Positions 27,336 through 40,751 of a DNA stretch of 64,000 nucleotides are shown one piece after another. How positions within the stretch are numbered: the first letter of the stretch is position 1; each line of letters begins with the position of its first letter. The notes under the pieces were generated by a model that saw only the letters and a program-made list of their open reading frames with translations, was not told the DNA's origin and did no database searches. This DNA comes from Octopus sinensis (taxonomy: Eukaryota): the NCBI RefSeq assembly GCF_006345805.1, contig NC_043012.1, forward strand, positions 32,426,001-32,490,000, written 5' to 3'. The position numbers and the translations under genes are program-made.

Positions 27336-28734
27336 TCTACAGACATGTGTACTGTTAATGTAGTTCTTAAGAGGGAGATTCAGCGTGGCACAGAATGTGA
27401 CAAGGCTGGCCCCTTTGAAAATACAGGTACCACTCATTTTTGTCAGCTGGAACAACATGAAATAAATTGTCTTGTTCAAGGACATATTGCACTGCTGGGA
27501 ATTGAACTCATGACCTTTCGATTGTGAGCCAATTACCCAAACCACTAAATAATAGCAAACTATGTAACTAGAAGCAATGAATACTTCACACAGTCCTATC
27601 GTTGTGGCACAATGCATTAATAGGTTACATAAAACAATTCAGATGTAAACACCCACCTCTTTCATTCCTTACATTACAGATATACCTATTTCTTAACAAA
27701 CAACCACTCCTCCATAAATTATAACCTTTTACTCAAGTTACTGAACACAACCATACCTCTTAAGTCCATCTTGTATGTTTACACACTAACTAACCTGACA
27801 TTTATTTTAGCATCTTCACATGCGAAGGCACACATGTGTGGCTTGAAGCTCAGCTAAATATGCATATACATAGCTATTGAAAGCTGACAAAGGAAGGATA
27901 TCCAGTAACTCCAGCTGCATTGAAAGCTTAATAGTACATAATTAATGTAGTAAATCAAAACATTTCAATTAATTAAAAGTACATTTTCAGTGTTGAAAAT
28001 GACATTACCTAAATGACTTAGTCTAGTAAAATAAAAAAGAGATAAAAGAAAGGAAGGCAGACAGCCCAAAAGTTTGGTAATATATAGAATACAAAAGGAG
28101 TGTGTTTCACCTTTAATAAATATGCTATTTTATTTCTTCAGTCATCTTATACTTGCAGTAATGAAAAGACTATGCTTTGCTGAGAAGGCCTAGTAAGATA
28201 GAAACATGTCCAGATAAATTATACTTTGTTGAGGTGGCCTTGTAAGATGTAAGCAGGTTCTTCTGAATATCAAATTCACTCCCTATGGCAATCCATATTT
28301 AATTAAAGTTTCTTTTAGATATCTGCTAAATCAATTATACTAGCAACTGCTTTGCAATATAAATATATGTATATGCAAATATATGTATATACCCTACCCG
28401 TATATACATATTCAAATTCTTTCAGAGGATCAAGACCCTATCTGCAGGTGGTTTAAAGCAGTTAAAATGAGTAACAGAATGATAGCAACACTAATCCCCA
28501 CTTAGGTACCACATGTAATCGATAAACAACTAAATAATATGGATCTTTAAAGCACTTGTGCTAATTACTTTGATGACAGTTGATGATAGCTAGCTGTTCT
28601 AGTTGACATTCTCTTTAGCAATGACAGCTGTCAATTTCAACAGTGATGACAGCTTGTTATACTAGCCAAGAATTTCAAGTGATGTGCATACACGACAGTG
28701 TGTCTTGAGATAAAAACTGGGCTTAAGAGGCATC

Positions 28735-29207
28735 AGATGTAATGTGTAAGAGAGACAACTGTGTTGATATGGTCATGTGATGGATATGAACGAGGACAGC
28801 TGTGTAAAGAAGTGCCAGTCTCCTACTGTAGAGGGGACCTGTGAAAGAGATAGATGTAGGAAGTCATGGGACGAGGTGGTGAAGCACAATCTTCGAATGT
28901 TGGGTCTTAAAGAGGCGATTAACAAGTGACTGAGACCTTTGGCGATATTCTGTGTTTGAGAAGACTTGTCAAGCCAAGTGAAATCGTAGTCGGGGCCATT
29001 GCCAGTGTCGTGTAAATGGCACCTGTACTGGTGGAATGTAAAAAGCACCTATTACACTCTTGGAGTGGTTGGTGCTAGAAAGGGCATCCAGCCATAGAAA
29101 CAATGCCAAATCAGACTGGAACCTGGTGCAGCTCCCTGGCTAACTAGTTCCAGCCAAACTGTCTAACTCATGCCAGCATGGAAAATGGACATTAAATGAT
29201 GATGATG
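28735..29207 (+). mobile_element. RTE 3' fragment (end of ORF plus tail)
   Basis: Degraded WYGHV...CVKKC...TW.EVVKHNL sequence followed by the tail. Confidence 0.8.
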
Positions 29208-29272
29208 TCAACTAATCACATTAGTTGTCAATTTCAACAGTGATGACAACCAGTCTTACTAGCTGTTAATTT

Positions 29273-29562
29273 GTGGAGGCACATGGCCTAGTGGTTAGAG
29301 CAGTGGACTCACGGTTGAGGGATCGCGGGTTCGAATCTCAGACCGGGCGATGTGTGTGTTTATGAGCGAAAACACCTAAGCTCCACGCGGCTCAGGCAGA
29401 AGGTAATGGCGAACTACTGCTGACTCTTTCACCACAACTTTCTTTCACTCTTTCCTCCTACATCTTGCAGCTCATCTGCAACAGACTGGTGTCTCGTCCA
29501 GGTGGGGAACCTATACACCAAGAAACCAGCCCTTATAAGCCAGGCATGGCTCAAGAAGGAAC
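29273..29562 (+). mobile_element. Full-length tRNA-derived SINE with a 12-bp TSD
   Basis: A box TGGCCTAGTGG, B box GGTTCGAATC. TSD AGCTGTTAATTT at 29261-72 and 29563-74. Confidence 0.85.
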
Positions 29563-30499
29563 AGCTGTTAATTTAACAGTGATGCTGGGATGATTATCAA
29601 GAGAGATAGATATATTAGACAATGCTCATAATGCAAGGAATAAGGAGTTAAATAAAGCTGCTGGAGTTCTATGATATAGAACAAACTTGAGAAAGACAGT
29701 GATAATTTTATAACTTACCACACATGTAGGGAATTTAGTCGTACTAGCAAATGGTTGTCAACCCCAAATTCTGTCCGAAGAGGAATATGATCCCAACATA
29801 GTTTTAATTGTAAAGTGGCTGCTATTATAACCAAGAAATATTAATTAAAATTACTCCCTCAGTAATAAGAACAATCCATTTCTAAATAATCAACAAAAAA
29901 AAAGCAGACAAAAGGAGACAACGTTGAAATTTTAATTAAAATTAATCAAATATGGACTCCAGTGTGGAGTGAATCTGGTTTTTAAATTTGACTTTGAGTG
30001 ATGAAAATAATCGTTTTCTAAATCACAAAATCTGTTCAAATATGAAAAGCAAGGGAAACAACCCTGAAATTTTCATTAAAAAATTGAATGTAAAAGAGGA
30101 ACGAGTCTGATCTTTAGCAGTATGGGTTTTTGAGAATAAACACAACGGTATTAGAAATTTCAAGAATAAATAGAGAGTAGGGATAGCCAAGGGATTTGTT
30201 AATGCTGTTCTACACTCTAAAAATGCAAGGACCTAGCAGTGTATTTATATGAACCAGGATGTCATTGAGAATTGTATCAAAACTTAATTGTCCTTAAAAA
30301 AAAAATGGAATTATCACTACAAGAGATTAATATATATAAATTGCATAGAGAGATTCTAACCCAAGCGAAGGTGAAAAACATAGCCAGTTACTGAGGTTGA
30401 GTTTTAGTATAATTAAGCTGTAGATCCCTCCAGGATACTTACTAAGATGATGGAAGTGTTAGGATGTTTAGATAATATGCCGACATACCGAGTTAATAA

Positions 30500-30915
30500 A
30501 GTTGTGATTTAACCCCAGGTTAGTTGTGGTTGAGCAGATCAATTGTTTAAAAGAGATTCAAACAGTGGAACTAACACTCGCCTCCTTATGCGAGCTCAAA
30601 ATTTCTCGTGGAAGCGTCATCCAACCAAAGTACAAATATATGGGAAATTACCACCTGTATCATCTCTTGTGAAAGGTAGAAGAGTCCAGTTTGCTGGACA
30701 TTGTTGTAGAGCTGAAAACGAGGTAATTTCTACTCTTCTCCTCTGGAAGCCATCTGCTCGCGATACCAGAGGGCCCACACTCTCCTACCCTGATGTAATC
30801 TCCAGAGATACAGGCATCCAGCAACAGGACCTCTGTAATGCTATGATGGACCGTGAAGTCTGGTGTAACATAGTAAATTCCATTGTCTCGACCACGGTCG
30901 AACAATGATGATGAC
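30500..30915 (+). mobile_element. 3' fragment of a second RTE-like LINE family
   Basis: SWKRHPTKVQIYGKLP...RRVQFAGHC...LLLWKP, ending GAACAATGATGATGA. Confidence 0.7.
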
Positions 30916-31419
30916 ATTATATAATGGTCTCATTTTGAGGCAGCAGAGTGTGATGAGGAAAATTTGGCAACTATACCCAGCAAGTCAACCAACAGCATAG
31001 AAGCTCCCTAATCAGGCAGCACAGGAACATGCTATCTCCAATGATTGATTTAGTTGATACAATGACAAAGGAGATGCTTTGAAGAAAACCATTTCCGGTG
31101 CCCTCACTGCAAGAAAAGAGTAGTTTGAATGTAAACTCAAATGAGTAACTTTTCTAAATTAATTTGTGATTAATTACATTCTTTAGTAACCCAATATATA
31201 CCCATTTAATAGAACAAGGGCTCCATTTTCTTTCATTACTAGCTGCAGTCACTATGGTGAGGTGGGGTACTGCTTTCAAACGTTTAGTACACAGATGTCA
31301 AAATCATCTGGTTTTGCTGGGTAGATTAAAGTATAAACTAGATTTCATGGATCAAATGGAACAATTATTATTAAAAATCCAATTCACAACATAGACCAAA
31401 GTAAATAAAGGTGTTGATA

Positions 31420-31813
31420 TCTATAATAATAAATGCGAAATTCTGTTTGTCCATCCATCTGGGATCCCTGTGTCTCAATCTACATTTGCTCTACACACAT
31501 ATTATACCTTTTTGGAATCAGGATGATCCCAGTATTGAAAATCTGCCCTTCATTTAGTTCTAGAACATCCAGCATTGGGATCAGGTCTGGATGAGGATTT
31601 GTTGTATGCTAACAGTTGAAAATTCAAATTTTAAAAGAACACCAAAAATCTGTGAACTTACAAGTTTATCATTTAAACTGAATTTAAAGTAATATCATAT
31701 TGGTAGAGTACCAATAAATGCTTTATTATTATTGCTCTCTTTAGTTTTGGGTGACAGGCCCAATTAGCCCTCTGCAAAAGCTAAGTCCACACGGAGTGCA
31801 GCTTTCAAGCTAG
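31420..31813 (+). mobile_element. Degenerate non-autonomous Helitron
   Basis: A|TCTATAATAATAAATGCG start and GCTAG|T end. Confidence 0.55.
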
Positions 31814-32060
31814 TATATTATAGAAACTTGGTTAACAATATAAAAAGGAAAAAATATGAGGTGTTAGCAAAACTTGTATGCAGAGAAGTGAAAGAAAAAC
31901 TCATCTACAAGTACGTATGTATACAGTCCAATTAAGTATGAGATAGAAAATGTCCAAATCAATGCATACAGTTCTTGAGAAGATCAATGTTTAATGAAAA
32001 GCTGGCATTGTTTCAACTGCAAAACTTTTCAATATCATTCATATTACTAGAATCGATTAC

Positions 32061-32312
32061 CATGCCGGTGGCACGTAAAAAGCACCGGCCGACCGTGGCC
32101 GTTCCCAGCCTCACCTGGCACCTGTGCCGGTGGCACATAAAAAGCACCCACTACACTCACGGAGTGGTTGGCGTTAGGAAGGGCATCCAGCTGTAGAAAC
32201 ACTGCCAGATCAGACTTGAGTCTGGTGCAGCCTTCTGGCTTCCCAGACCCCGGTTGAACCCTCCAACCCATGCTAGCATGGAAAACGGACGTTAAACGAT
32301 GATGATGATGAT
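32061..32312 (+). mobile_element. Short RTE-tail repeat
   Basis: Tail sequence with a (GAT)n end. Confidence 0.85.
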
Positions 32313-33380
32313 TCAAATATATATATAAATTTGACCAAAAAAATCATTTAGCTCAGTATATAAAGACAAAGTGATGGAGAAATAAGTCACGTTTTTTAGT
32401 ACATGGATTCATAAGCCTCTTTATCATTGGTTCAGATAACAAAAGACTCCCTGAACCAATATTAATCAAAACTTTGGTTGGGATCCAATTCTAAACACAT
32501 GCTGGCAAGATAATTTTTATGGAATATTTTAAAATTAAAAAATTTATTTTGATATAAAATTGATTAAACACTGCCACGAGCTGCATCTGGCTTGCAATGT
32601 TTGACACTCCTGGTTTAATAGATCATTGAATTTCAATACTCATTCCACTCTAGTACATATTTTATCTCTTTTTGTCTTTCATCACACTTGCTTCTCTACT
32701 CTTTGCCAACATTCATCATGTAACTTTCTATCACCCTTTCAGACCATGAAAAACCCATCCAACTCATACCAGTATGAAAAAGCAGATATATAGACTTGCA
32801 TATTTTTACCAGTCTTCAGACAGAGAAAACAACTTCACATCAAAATCATTGATGTTAACTGTAATACCTTTAATGTTTATAATGAAATCTAGGTATGGTC
32901 TCAGATGATAAACTATAACAAAGGGGAGTTAATTTGTAATCACCAAGATAAAAATAATGTAAAACATTATATGGTAAATACTGGCAAATATTAACACACC
33001 AAGCATCAGCACCAAGATTGGGAACCTAAATAACACTAGGGAAAAATAGCAAGAGCAGTTGGGATAACATAAGGGCTGAGAAGAATAATATCATTTCAAT
33101 TTTGTAGGTAAGCAATTGGATAATGGATAATGTAGTACTCAACATAAACTATATCTAAACAAAAGATCTGCTGGATCAAAGCTGACCTTTGGCTATGCAG
33201 CAACAATGTCATGTAAGGGAGTAAAGAAACAAAATATAGGCATCAGAATTTTAAAAAAAAGGGGGCAAAGAAATTCATCATTTAAGAAAGTTTCTTTTAT
33301 AGAAAGTTAAAGAAAGAAATTTACCTTATTGATGTCAAAACTAAATAATTATTTTCTTTATCTTAGTTTTTATTGATTCA

Positions 33381-34438
33381 CTAGCAGTATCGCCTGGCGT
33401 TGCTCGGGTTTGTAAGGGAAATAACTATATAAGCATTTTTAGAGAGTTATAGCCAAAAAATAGCAAAAAAATGCATTAAAAATGGAAAAAAAATTATGGT
33501 AAATTTTTTTTTAAATCGTTGACTCATCGTAGACATTTTCTGTTTTGGTGTCTTCAAGCCATGAAGTCGTTGTTCTAAAAGAACACTGGTCTCCTTGACA
33601 ACGCTTTACAACGTTGATTTCCTTACACTTCCTTCCCCACAGCTTCACGAGGGAGGGAAGAAGGGGGAGAAGCAACACAGGTGCAGGTGTGAGCATGGAT
33701 GCTAACTCCGCCGCCATCGACACACGAAAAAATTGGAAGAAATGGAAAAAAATGATGTTAAATTATTTTTAAAATCGTAGATGCGCGCTAATACCCAGAC
33801 AGGCTTGATATAAATCACGACTATAAGATACCCGAATTTGGTTAAACTGCACCGCAAAATGTGGGAGTAGTTAGGAATCTAAATCGTAGGAGACAGACAC
33901 TCACACAACTTCACTTTTATATATATAGACTAGCAGTATCGCCCGGCGTTGCTCGGGTTTGTAAGGGAAATAACTATATAAGCATTTTTAGAGAGTTACT
34001 TCCCTTATAAATTCGGGCTTTCTTAGCCATTTCTGTTTTGGTGTCTTCAAGCCATGAAGTCGTTGTTCTAAAAGAACGCTGGTCTCCTTCACAACGCATT
34101 ACGACGTTGATTTCTTTACACTCCCTTCCCCACAGCTTCACGAGGGAGGGAAGAAGGGGGAGAAGCAAACAGGTGCAGCTGTGAGCGTGGACGCCAACTC
34201 CGCCGCCATCGACACACGATGCATTTTATGCATTAAAATGGAATAAAAAATGATGTTAAATTATTTTTAAAATCGTAGACTCATCGTTGACGCGCGCTAA
34301 TAGTCAGACGGGCTCGATATGAATCACGACTATAAGATACCCGAATTTGGTTAAACTGCACCGCAAAATGTGGGAGGAGTTAGGAATCTAAATCGAAGGG
34401 GACAGACACTCACACAACTAGAGTTTTATATATATAGA
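33381..34438 (-). mobile_element. Head-to-tail dimer of a non-autonomous Helitron
   Basis: Units 33930-34438 and 33381-33929. Each starts with TC and ends with a CCCG-AGCAACGC-C(G/A)GG hairpin and CTAG. The junction is CTAG|TC with no spacer, and the dimer sits between A and T with no TSD. Confidence 0.85.
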
Positions 34439-34959
34439 TATGTTAGTTATTACAATAGTTTATAACAAGATTCATTATTCTAAACTCAGATTCTTAAAAA
34501 TATAATTCAATAAAATCATAACTATATGTTTTTAAAGTTTAAATAAAAATTAAAGATTTGTTTGCAGTAGAATTAAAACATTTCATTTTTCTTCTTTTTT
34601 TTTTTCAAGTTAATTCAATGGAAGAGAGCCAGAGGCTGTAATTATTGTATGCTCTCCCAAACAGGTTGAATTGATGTGGTTAATATTCAATTTCAACAAT
34701 TGTAGGACAATGTAGAACAAAAAATCACTGGGACCTGGTGAAGCAGTGAGGGTAACAAGTAAAAGATATAAGTATTAAACACTGCCATGAGCTGTATCTG
34801 GCTTGCAATGGCCAACACTCCTGATTTAGTAGATCATTGAATTTCAATACTCATTTCACTCTGGTTCAGAAGAGGAAGAAGCCTTTTACTAACCACAACT
34901 ATGGATTCACTAGCTTGATATGTCTTCTCAAGCATAGCAACTCACCAAAAGTCTCGGTA

Positions 34960-35245
34960 ACTTATCACCTCTGTGAGACTCAACATCCGAAGATTATATT
35001 TCACCATCTCATCCCACATCCTCCTGGTCTACCTCTTCGACAGATTCTCTCTACAGTTAAAGATCAGTACTTCTTTATGTAGCTGTCCTTGTTCACATGC
35101 ATCACATGACCATACCAACTTAGTCTTCTCTCTTGCACACTACATCCGAGCCTAGTTTTTGTCTTAAGACACACTCTGTCATATGTGCACATTGACATTG
35201 CATATCCTGCAGAGCATACTAGCTTCATTTCTTTCAAGCCTTTGC
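34960..35245 (-). mobile_element. Degraded RTE C-terminal fragment
   Basis: MQRLERNEASML and QERRLSWYGHV. Confidence 0.75.
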
Positions 35246-35899
35246 ATGTCACTGGTGTTGGTGTATTTATGTCCCCACACTCTGTTTTGATGGGGGGGGG
35301 GCATGAGTAACAGTTGAGTGTAGTCAACTGAATTTATGCTATAACTTGTGGAAGGGGTTTGCAAGGGCTACAAAGGATGAGTTTTTCTAATACTTTCTTT
35401 TAGTGTGTGGAGACGAATGATGGTATTGCAATGCAACTGAGTTTCTTAAAACTGTGATGATTTAATCTACTTTCCAGATTCTGGAAATTTGGCATGGTTG
35501 GTATAAATAGTTGCTGATCATACATCTTCCAGATAAACTCCGAGCTAGAAGACCTAGGATCAGAGATATTCCATGTGTGACCATATCAGTTTTCTAGGGG
35601 TGTCTAAGACTACATTCTCCAAAAGGGTGGCAGAGTTAATCCACAACCCAGTTGAATAGCACCACCCATCCTTCTGATCCAGTCTGAGTCCACTTTTTGC
35701 AAGATTTCAGACCAGATTTCTGAAAGATAACTTCCTTTCCACTAGTCTTAGAAGCAGCGGAAAAGATAACGGGCATTATCCTGCTTCCTCTGACTAACCT
35801 ATAAAAGAAAATGCGTCCCCCACCTCATTTTAAAGCATTAGAATGAGATTTAAAGGAGAAATAGCTGTTATTTCTAGCAACCAAGCAACTATGCAGAAG

Positions 35900-36620
35900 C
35901 TTGTACATGGTATGAAAAGTGGCAGGCATTAGTTAAGTGCAAAGATTCTTTCAGGTCCTGAATGCATTAGGTGTATGTTTGTGATTTTATCAAGCCCTTT
36001 CTTTCCTACTCATTAATTGTGAGCACAGTACTGAGACAAGCAAATTGAAGAGAGTTTGGGAGGATTAATATTGTAGTGAGTGTGAAGTTGGAAGCAAAAC
36101 AAGTAGTAAATTCAGTGGCTTTATCAACAGGTGTGTTACTTAAAAAACCCTTTTGTCTATGGAAAGGTGTATAGGAAGATTCTTCAAAGTTAATTTCAGT
36201 TGGCAATGAGCCAGAAAGCCTAACCAAAATTTAGGGATACAAAAGAGCCTGCAACTATGGTGCAGGAATGCATACTTCCCTTTCCTGATGGCTATCTTCA
36301 AAACATAGGAGTGATGGGTAAAAGCCTGTCAGTTAACAGTGGTGACTTTACACCAGGAGGTTGTGTATATATTACCATTTGCTTGTACAACCAGATTGAA
36401 CTACTTGGAGGAATTGATTGTCTAAGGATTGTGGAGGGTGTTTTCAGTTAGATGTTGCACAGTTGTTTCCAATGATTCAGAAGTGAAGCACAATTGCTTC
36501 CAAAAGTAATTGGCATAGAACTTGTAGAACTCCAATTAGCTAACGATGAGATTATGGAAAAACTGGTTGACAACACCTTGATTCTGTACTGTTTCTCATC
36601 AATCTAGATGACAAGCTTGA
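35900..36620 (-). mobile_element. Ancient Jockey/CR1-group LINE relic
   Basis: DKATEFTTCFASNFTL resembles the pre-RT DKA..FAS(N)STL motif, followed by an SGP-like motif. Many stop codons. Confidence 0.4.
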
Positions 36621-36640
36621 CATGAGAGCAGGAATTAGAC

Positions 36641-36894
36641 CAGTGGTTCTCAATCATTTTTTTTTCCTATGGACACCTTTCACTTCTAATTCTATAGATA
36701 TTTCTTTCAAAATCCCTATCTTGATTTTCACACATTAACTTGTGTAGGCTGAACTGTGTAAAAGAGTAACATTTTTTTCATAGAACCTTAATATACTACT
36801 GTGGATCCTCAATTTACTACACTGTTTGAGTGGAAACCCCAAAAATTTTATATGAACCCCCAGGGGTCATACAAACACTGGTTAAGAACCACTG
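36641..36894. mobile_element. hAT (Charlie-like) MITE, same family
   Basis: CAGTGGTTCTCAA ... TTAAGAACCACTG. Confidence 0.7.
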
Positions 36895-37484
36895 GATCAA
36901 GACTGAAATGTCTGATGGTCATGTGCTCAGTAAAGCACAAAATATGACCAAACTAAATTAATGAAAGAGCAGCAAAAGGTTTACCGTGGGAAACATGTGG
37001 ATTCAGCAGCATCTGCATAATATTGTACACAATAAACCCAGCTGCTCCTCCACCTCCACAACTTTCATAGCTCATTCTTTTCAAGACAAAAATACTAACA
37101 AGTAATTTGATCATTTATTTAAAAATATATTGACTTCCACTAACTTAAAATTTGCCAGACTAACCTCACCCTTTGTTCCTAAGAAAACCATTGTGAGAGC
37201 GCTTGGCAATCAAATAAACCTTAATAAATGGCTATCACTGCAACGCCCACCAGTAAAGAGATGCATTTGTGCCTTATAGTTGCAAGCTCTCGTGTCTAAA
37301 ATTGTGACAGACCTTGTTACCTTACAAACATTTTCTAATAACTTTACAGAATATCCCTATTCACCACTCCTTTAGCCAAGATGGTTCTTTAAGTGACTCT
37401 TGCTGATAAAGCCACTAAATTTTCTGTTACTTTTAATTCCAACTCGTTCACACGACAAGTCCTCCCAAACTCTCCTCCATTTCG

Positions 37485-37856
37485 CCTATCTGTTTATATT
37501 TCAAACTCCACCTGTCTAACACCCGTGGACATGTTTACAAAGTCAGAAAACAGCACAGCTCCCATGACTTTAGGAAACATTTTTTCACGCTGAGAGTTGC
37601 TGAAGCATGGAACAAACTGCCAGCATCAGTTGTTAGTTGTTGGAGCACTGCATCCTTCAAACCTTCCATGCTTCCTGAGATTTGCCAACACTACACCTGA
37701 GTTTCTCCCCTCTATACACACGCAAGCATGTATCTAACTCGTACAGTGTTCACTTTCCAGACATTTGTACATTACAGCATATACTTCATACGCACTTTCT
37801 GACAAGTTGTGGTGCACCTGAGCACTGTATACAATAATTTCATTATTATTATTATC
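37485..37856 (+). mobile_element. CR1-like LINE 3' end
   Basis: Same family, with an (ATT)n tail. Confidence 0.85.
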
Positions 37857-38057
37857 AAAAATGTTCAATTCGCACAAGAACTATACAACAGAAGGATATG
37901 CTTCTCACCCAAAATCGCAAAAATGTTACCCAATACTAACCTGATCGAAACAAGCAACTCCACTGAACAGATTACTATCGACACATCGATGGTCAGTTCA
38001 AATCACAGCACGTGTTTCATTTCATTTTGGGACAATATTTTACATTGCCTGCCTTAC

Positions 38058-38079
38058 CCAAAGTTGTTTGATTCTCCAT
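38058..38079 (-). CDS. Candidate first coding exon (MENQTTL) of a gene divergent from PLK4
   Basis: ATG followed by a GTAAGG donor inside a locally CpG-rich, non-repeat stretch (about 37950-38480). No homology recognised. Confidence 0.22.
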
Positions 38080-39689
38080 TCCAAAAGAGATTGATTTTTC
38101 ATCTGCTTCACGGCATGAAACTAGTCCTACGCACCACCCCTTCAAAGCCCTACTCCCCGGGACTTTCGAACAACTTGCATGTTTATAACGACACGCCTTC
38201 GTATTGAATACACCAGCATGTAAATCAATGGAGTTGTGCCTTTTTTTTTTTACCGTCATTCTCTTTGACTGTGGATGGGTGGGACTGCAGATTTGGATCA
38301 TCAATTCTTGGGTAAAGTTGTATTTATTCCTATTTATTTGACTCTAAAACGAAGGCACAGTGAATTCGGTGAAATGATTTCGACGCAGAATACAAGAAAA
38401 ATGCCACGAAAATGGAAACGGAAGTAACGAAAGACAACTCTCATTACATCAGATGTTTTCTTAAAATATTCTGGAAATACGAATACAAAATAATATAGAA
38501 AAGGGAAGAGTACAAAAACACTTACATTAGTCAATACACATTACTGAAATCATACTTATTTTGAAGTAATAAATCATAATTTTGCACAAGTTTACAGAAT
38601 AACTACAAAATATTTGCAGCAATGAGAGTTGTCTTCCATAAAATCCGCTTTCATCCTCAAAACATTTTCTACGAGTATTCGGAGGAGGTTATGGGATAAA
38701 AAATAAATATATTTTATTACTGCCAATTAATATATTTATTATATAAAATAAATAAATAACTCGGACTCAAGAAACTGAGAATATATTCTGTTTCGTGGGG
38801 TTTTTCTGTGCCAACTCTTTAATAATAAACACTGAGAACCAAACAGGTTTATAAACTGAAAAGGGTTAAAAGGGTCCAAACAGATCTCATTTACCCTTCA
38901 ATTGCCAAATATTAAATAGTAATAACATATTACAAGGGGTTTAATCGTAAGAATCAATTACTATCTCCTAACAGAAGAAAATAGACGGTAATGAATCACA
39001 TTCGGCTGGACAACAGTTCTTGACAATCATTTACTCAATAATAGAAATAAATAAAATACTGAAAAGTTACAAATTTCTCTAACATTGGAAGATCAAAGTA
39101 TTGGTTTATAGACTGTCTCCATTTCAAGGATGGGCAGTTCCTATTTCCACATGGTCTGTTTTACTATATTTTTTCCTCAAAAAGAAATAAAAATCTGATC
39201 TATACTTTGATGTTGGAAGTAAATATTTGTCTCGTTCCATCCTATTTAGAGTTTAAATGTGAGCAATGAGACAGACGGTATCGATAAAACGGGTGTTGAT
39301 GATGAGGAAATGCAATACAAGTGAGGCTGACGCAATTTCGTAGACGGGAAAAATAAACCAAAATAGTTTCAGGATAATTATGAGAAAACTTGGAATTTTA
39401 AAAGGAAATCTTATTTAAGATTTGACTTACCAAATGCCGATAACGTTAAAAAACAAAACATGGATTGCTGAATGTGATAATCCATGATGAACAAATGTCA
39501 TCTTAGAAGTTATAAAAGCTGGTTGGAAGAAGGTGAATCAGGGCCGCTCTTCCCGTGCCATTCCGTTTTGAGGTCGAACGACGAAGCGGTGCACTCAAGG
39601 GACGTAATGCAAAGAACGTTAGGCGAAAACTATGGTAACACATTCGGAACATTATTTAAAATTGTTTAACTTCTTAGAATCGTAGGATC

Positions 39690-39703
39690 TTTATATATAT
39701 ATA

Positions 39704-39783
<80 letters not shown>

Positions 39784-39787
39784 TGAT
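39690..39787. repeat. (TA)n followed by (TAA)n microsatellite, the tail of a minus-strand CR1 end
   Basis: Seen directly; followed by GAATTATTGTATACAGTGCTC. Confidence 0.9.
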
Positions 39788-40337
39788 GAATTATTGTATA
39801 CAGTGCTCTTTTGAACGGCACATGTCAGCACAATTTCTAGCTAACTAAACACGGATCTTTTCCTTTAGATAGACAGAATTCAACCCAATTTCTAGCTAAC
39901 TAAACAATTTGAAACTTCGTATACTGGTAGAATGTGTCAAAAGAAAACATTATTTTCACTTGGCTTTTTTGATAAATTTGTAATTTGTAAGTTTAACGTA
40001 GTTTAATTCTTCGAATTTTAACCAATGAATCGCCAGTATTTGAGCTCAAATCATTTTCTGCGTCAAAAATACTGGTAGAATGTGTCAAAATAAAACATTT
40101 TTTTTCTCTTGGCTTTCTTGATAAAATTGTAATTCGTTTGTTTAACGTAGTTTAATTTTTCGAATAGACTGATTTTGTGGTGTATGCGAGAGATTCGAAA
40201 TAAAGGCACCTGTCTTCCCTTCGCTCAGACGGAGACCCTTCAGCGGTAATGGATCTTTTAACACAGCCTGACCCGAACACTAGAAATAGCAGTTGCTTCT
40301 TCCAACAACATGCTGACCCCGTCTTACTCGCTCGGCG

Positions 40338-40751
40338 GACCTCGATCGAAAAGGCAGAACCCTGCCCTCCCTGCACGAGCGTCACTGCTGCTCCATTCGG
40401 TCAGCTCCCCAGCTGCTGACGTCACCCACACGCCACCCTGATCTTAAAGATCACAATCTCTCTACTCCATGTCGTTGTCCACCATCCAACCGGGAGGGGC
40501 GCCTTGCGCGTCGAGATCTTCTCAAGCTAGGCACCTCGTTCTCCTCCTCTCCACAATCGTCGTCCGACGAGCGACAATCCTGCAAAGGTCCAATATGTGT
40601 CGTAGCATTCCATCCACGGAGATGTTGTTTCTGGAATTGACCGCCGTCACCGTTCACGACCTCGATCGAAAAGATAGAAGTCTGCCCTCCCTGCGCGCGC
40701 GTAACTGCTCCCCCTTCCGGTCAGCTCCCCAGCTGCTAATGTCATCCCACA
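40338..40751. repeat. GC-rich ~90-bp direct repeat with a 320-bp period
   Basis: GACCTCGATCGAAAA...GGTCAGCTCCCCAGCTGCT at 40338 and 40658. Confidence 0.85.

Noticed and set aside
29273-29345. tRNA gene
   Set aside because: A and B boxes are present, but the sequence continues into a SINE body and is flanked by a TSD. No convincing cloverleaf.
37160-37290. AG/GT-bounded minus-strand exon candidate
   Set aside because: Stop codons in all three frames; more likely a LINE endonuclease relic.
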